A program made the position numbers and the translations under genes. Shown one piece after another: positions 6,569 to 6,689 of a stretch of 6,689 bases of DNA (position 1 is the stretch's first letter; the number at the start of each line of letters is the position of its first letter). The notes below the pieces were generated by a model that made no database searches, was not told the DNA's origin, and worked only from the letters and a program-made list of their open reading frames with translations. The DNA is from Amoeboradix gromovi X-113. Taxonomy: Eukaryota > Fungi > Sanchytriomycota. Location: the NCBI GenBank assembly GCA_018985225.1, contig JADGIF010000555.1, positions 1 through 6,689 on the forward strand, written 5' to 3'.

Positions 6569-6689
6569 GATAATAGGAGTGTTTTATAAGCAAGTTAGAA
6601 TAACAAACCAGTGGGACATGCTCAATGAAAAGCAGACTTGGGGTAAAAGTGGATGGCAAAAAGAAAAGAGATGACTTGATATATCTCGA

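Noticed and set aside
6569-6620. Possible upstream exon and intron for ZW10 (ATG TCC CAC TG|gtttgttattctaac...)
   Set aside because: No AG follows closely after the CTAAC, and splicing to the next CAG does not put this ATG in frame.
1-6689. Prokaryotic systems (CRISPR array, operon, mobile element), tRNA or rRNA genes
   Set aside because: All recognisable genes are eukaryotic. I saw no repeat-spacer array, transposase, terminal repeats or tRNA cloverleaf.

Overview
AT-rich, gene-dense eukaryotic DNA in the standard genetic code (TAA and TGA stops; long ORFs free of in-frame TAA/TAG). The gene set and compaction suggest a fungus or close relative with a very compact genome; this is inference and the taxon cannot be fixed from the window. 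Four protein genes are supported: (1) a Sip5/GW2-DA2-type RING protein (+, true start probably ATG 309); (2) a Set9/Suv4-20-type H4K20 methyltransferase (-) with extra C-terminal PWWP-like and Tudor-like domains; (3) a Rho-family GTPase (-) that the ORF track splits in two but which is one gene interrupted by a 19-nt GT-AG intron (4479-4497) with a branch-site motif; (4) a divergent, apparently shortened ZW10/Dsl1-family protein (-). AATAAA signals lie on or beside three of the four stop codons. The strongest observations are the 19-nt intron and the Set9 writer-reader fusion. Weaker leads are a GC-rich, foldable segment between the convergent Sip5 and Set9 genes and a shared TCC(C)ACT motif upstream of three genes. 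Protein family calls come from motif recognition, not database searches.
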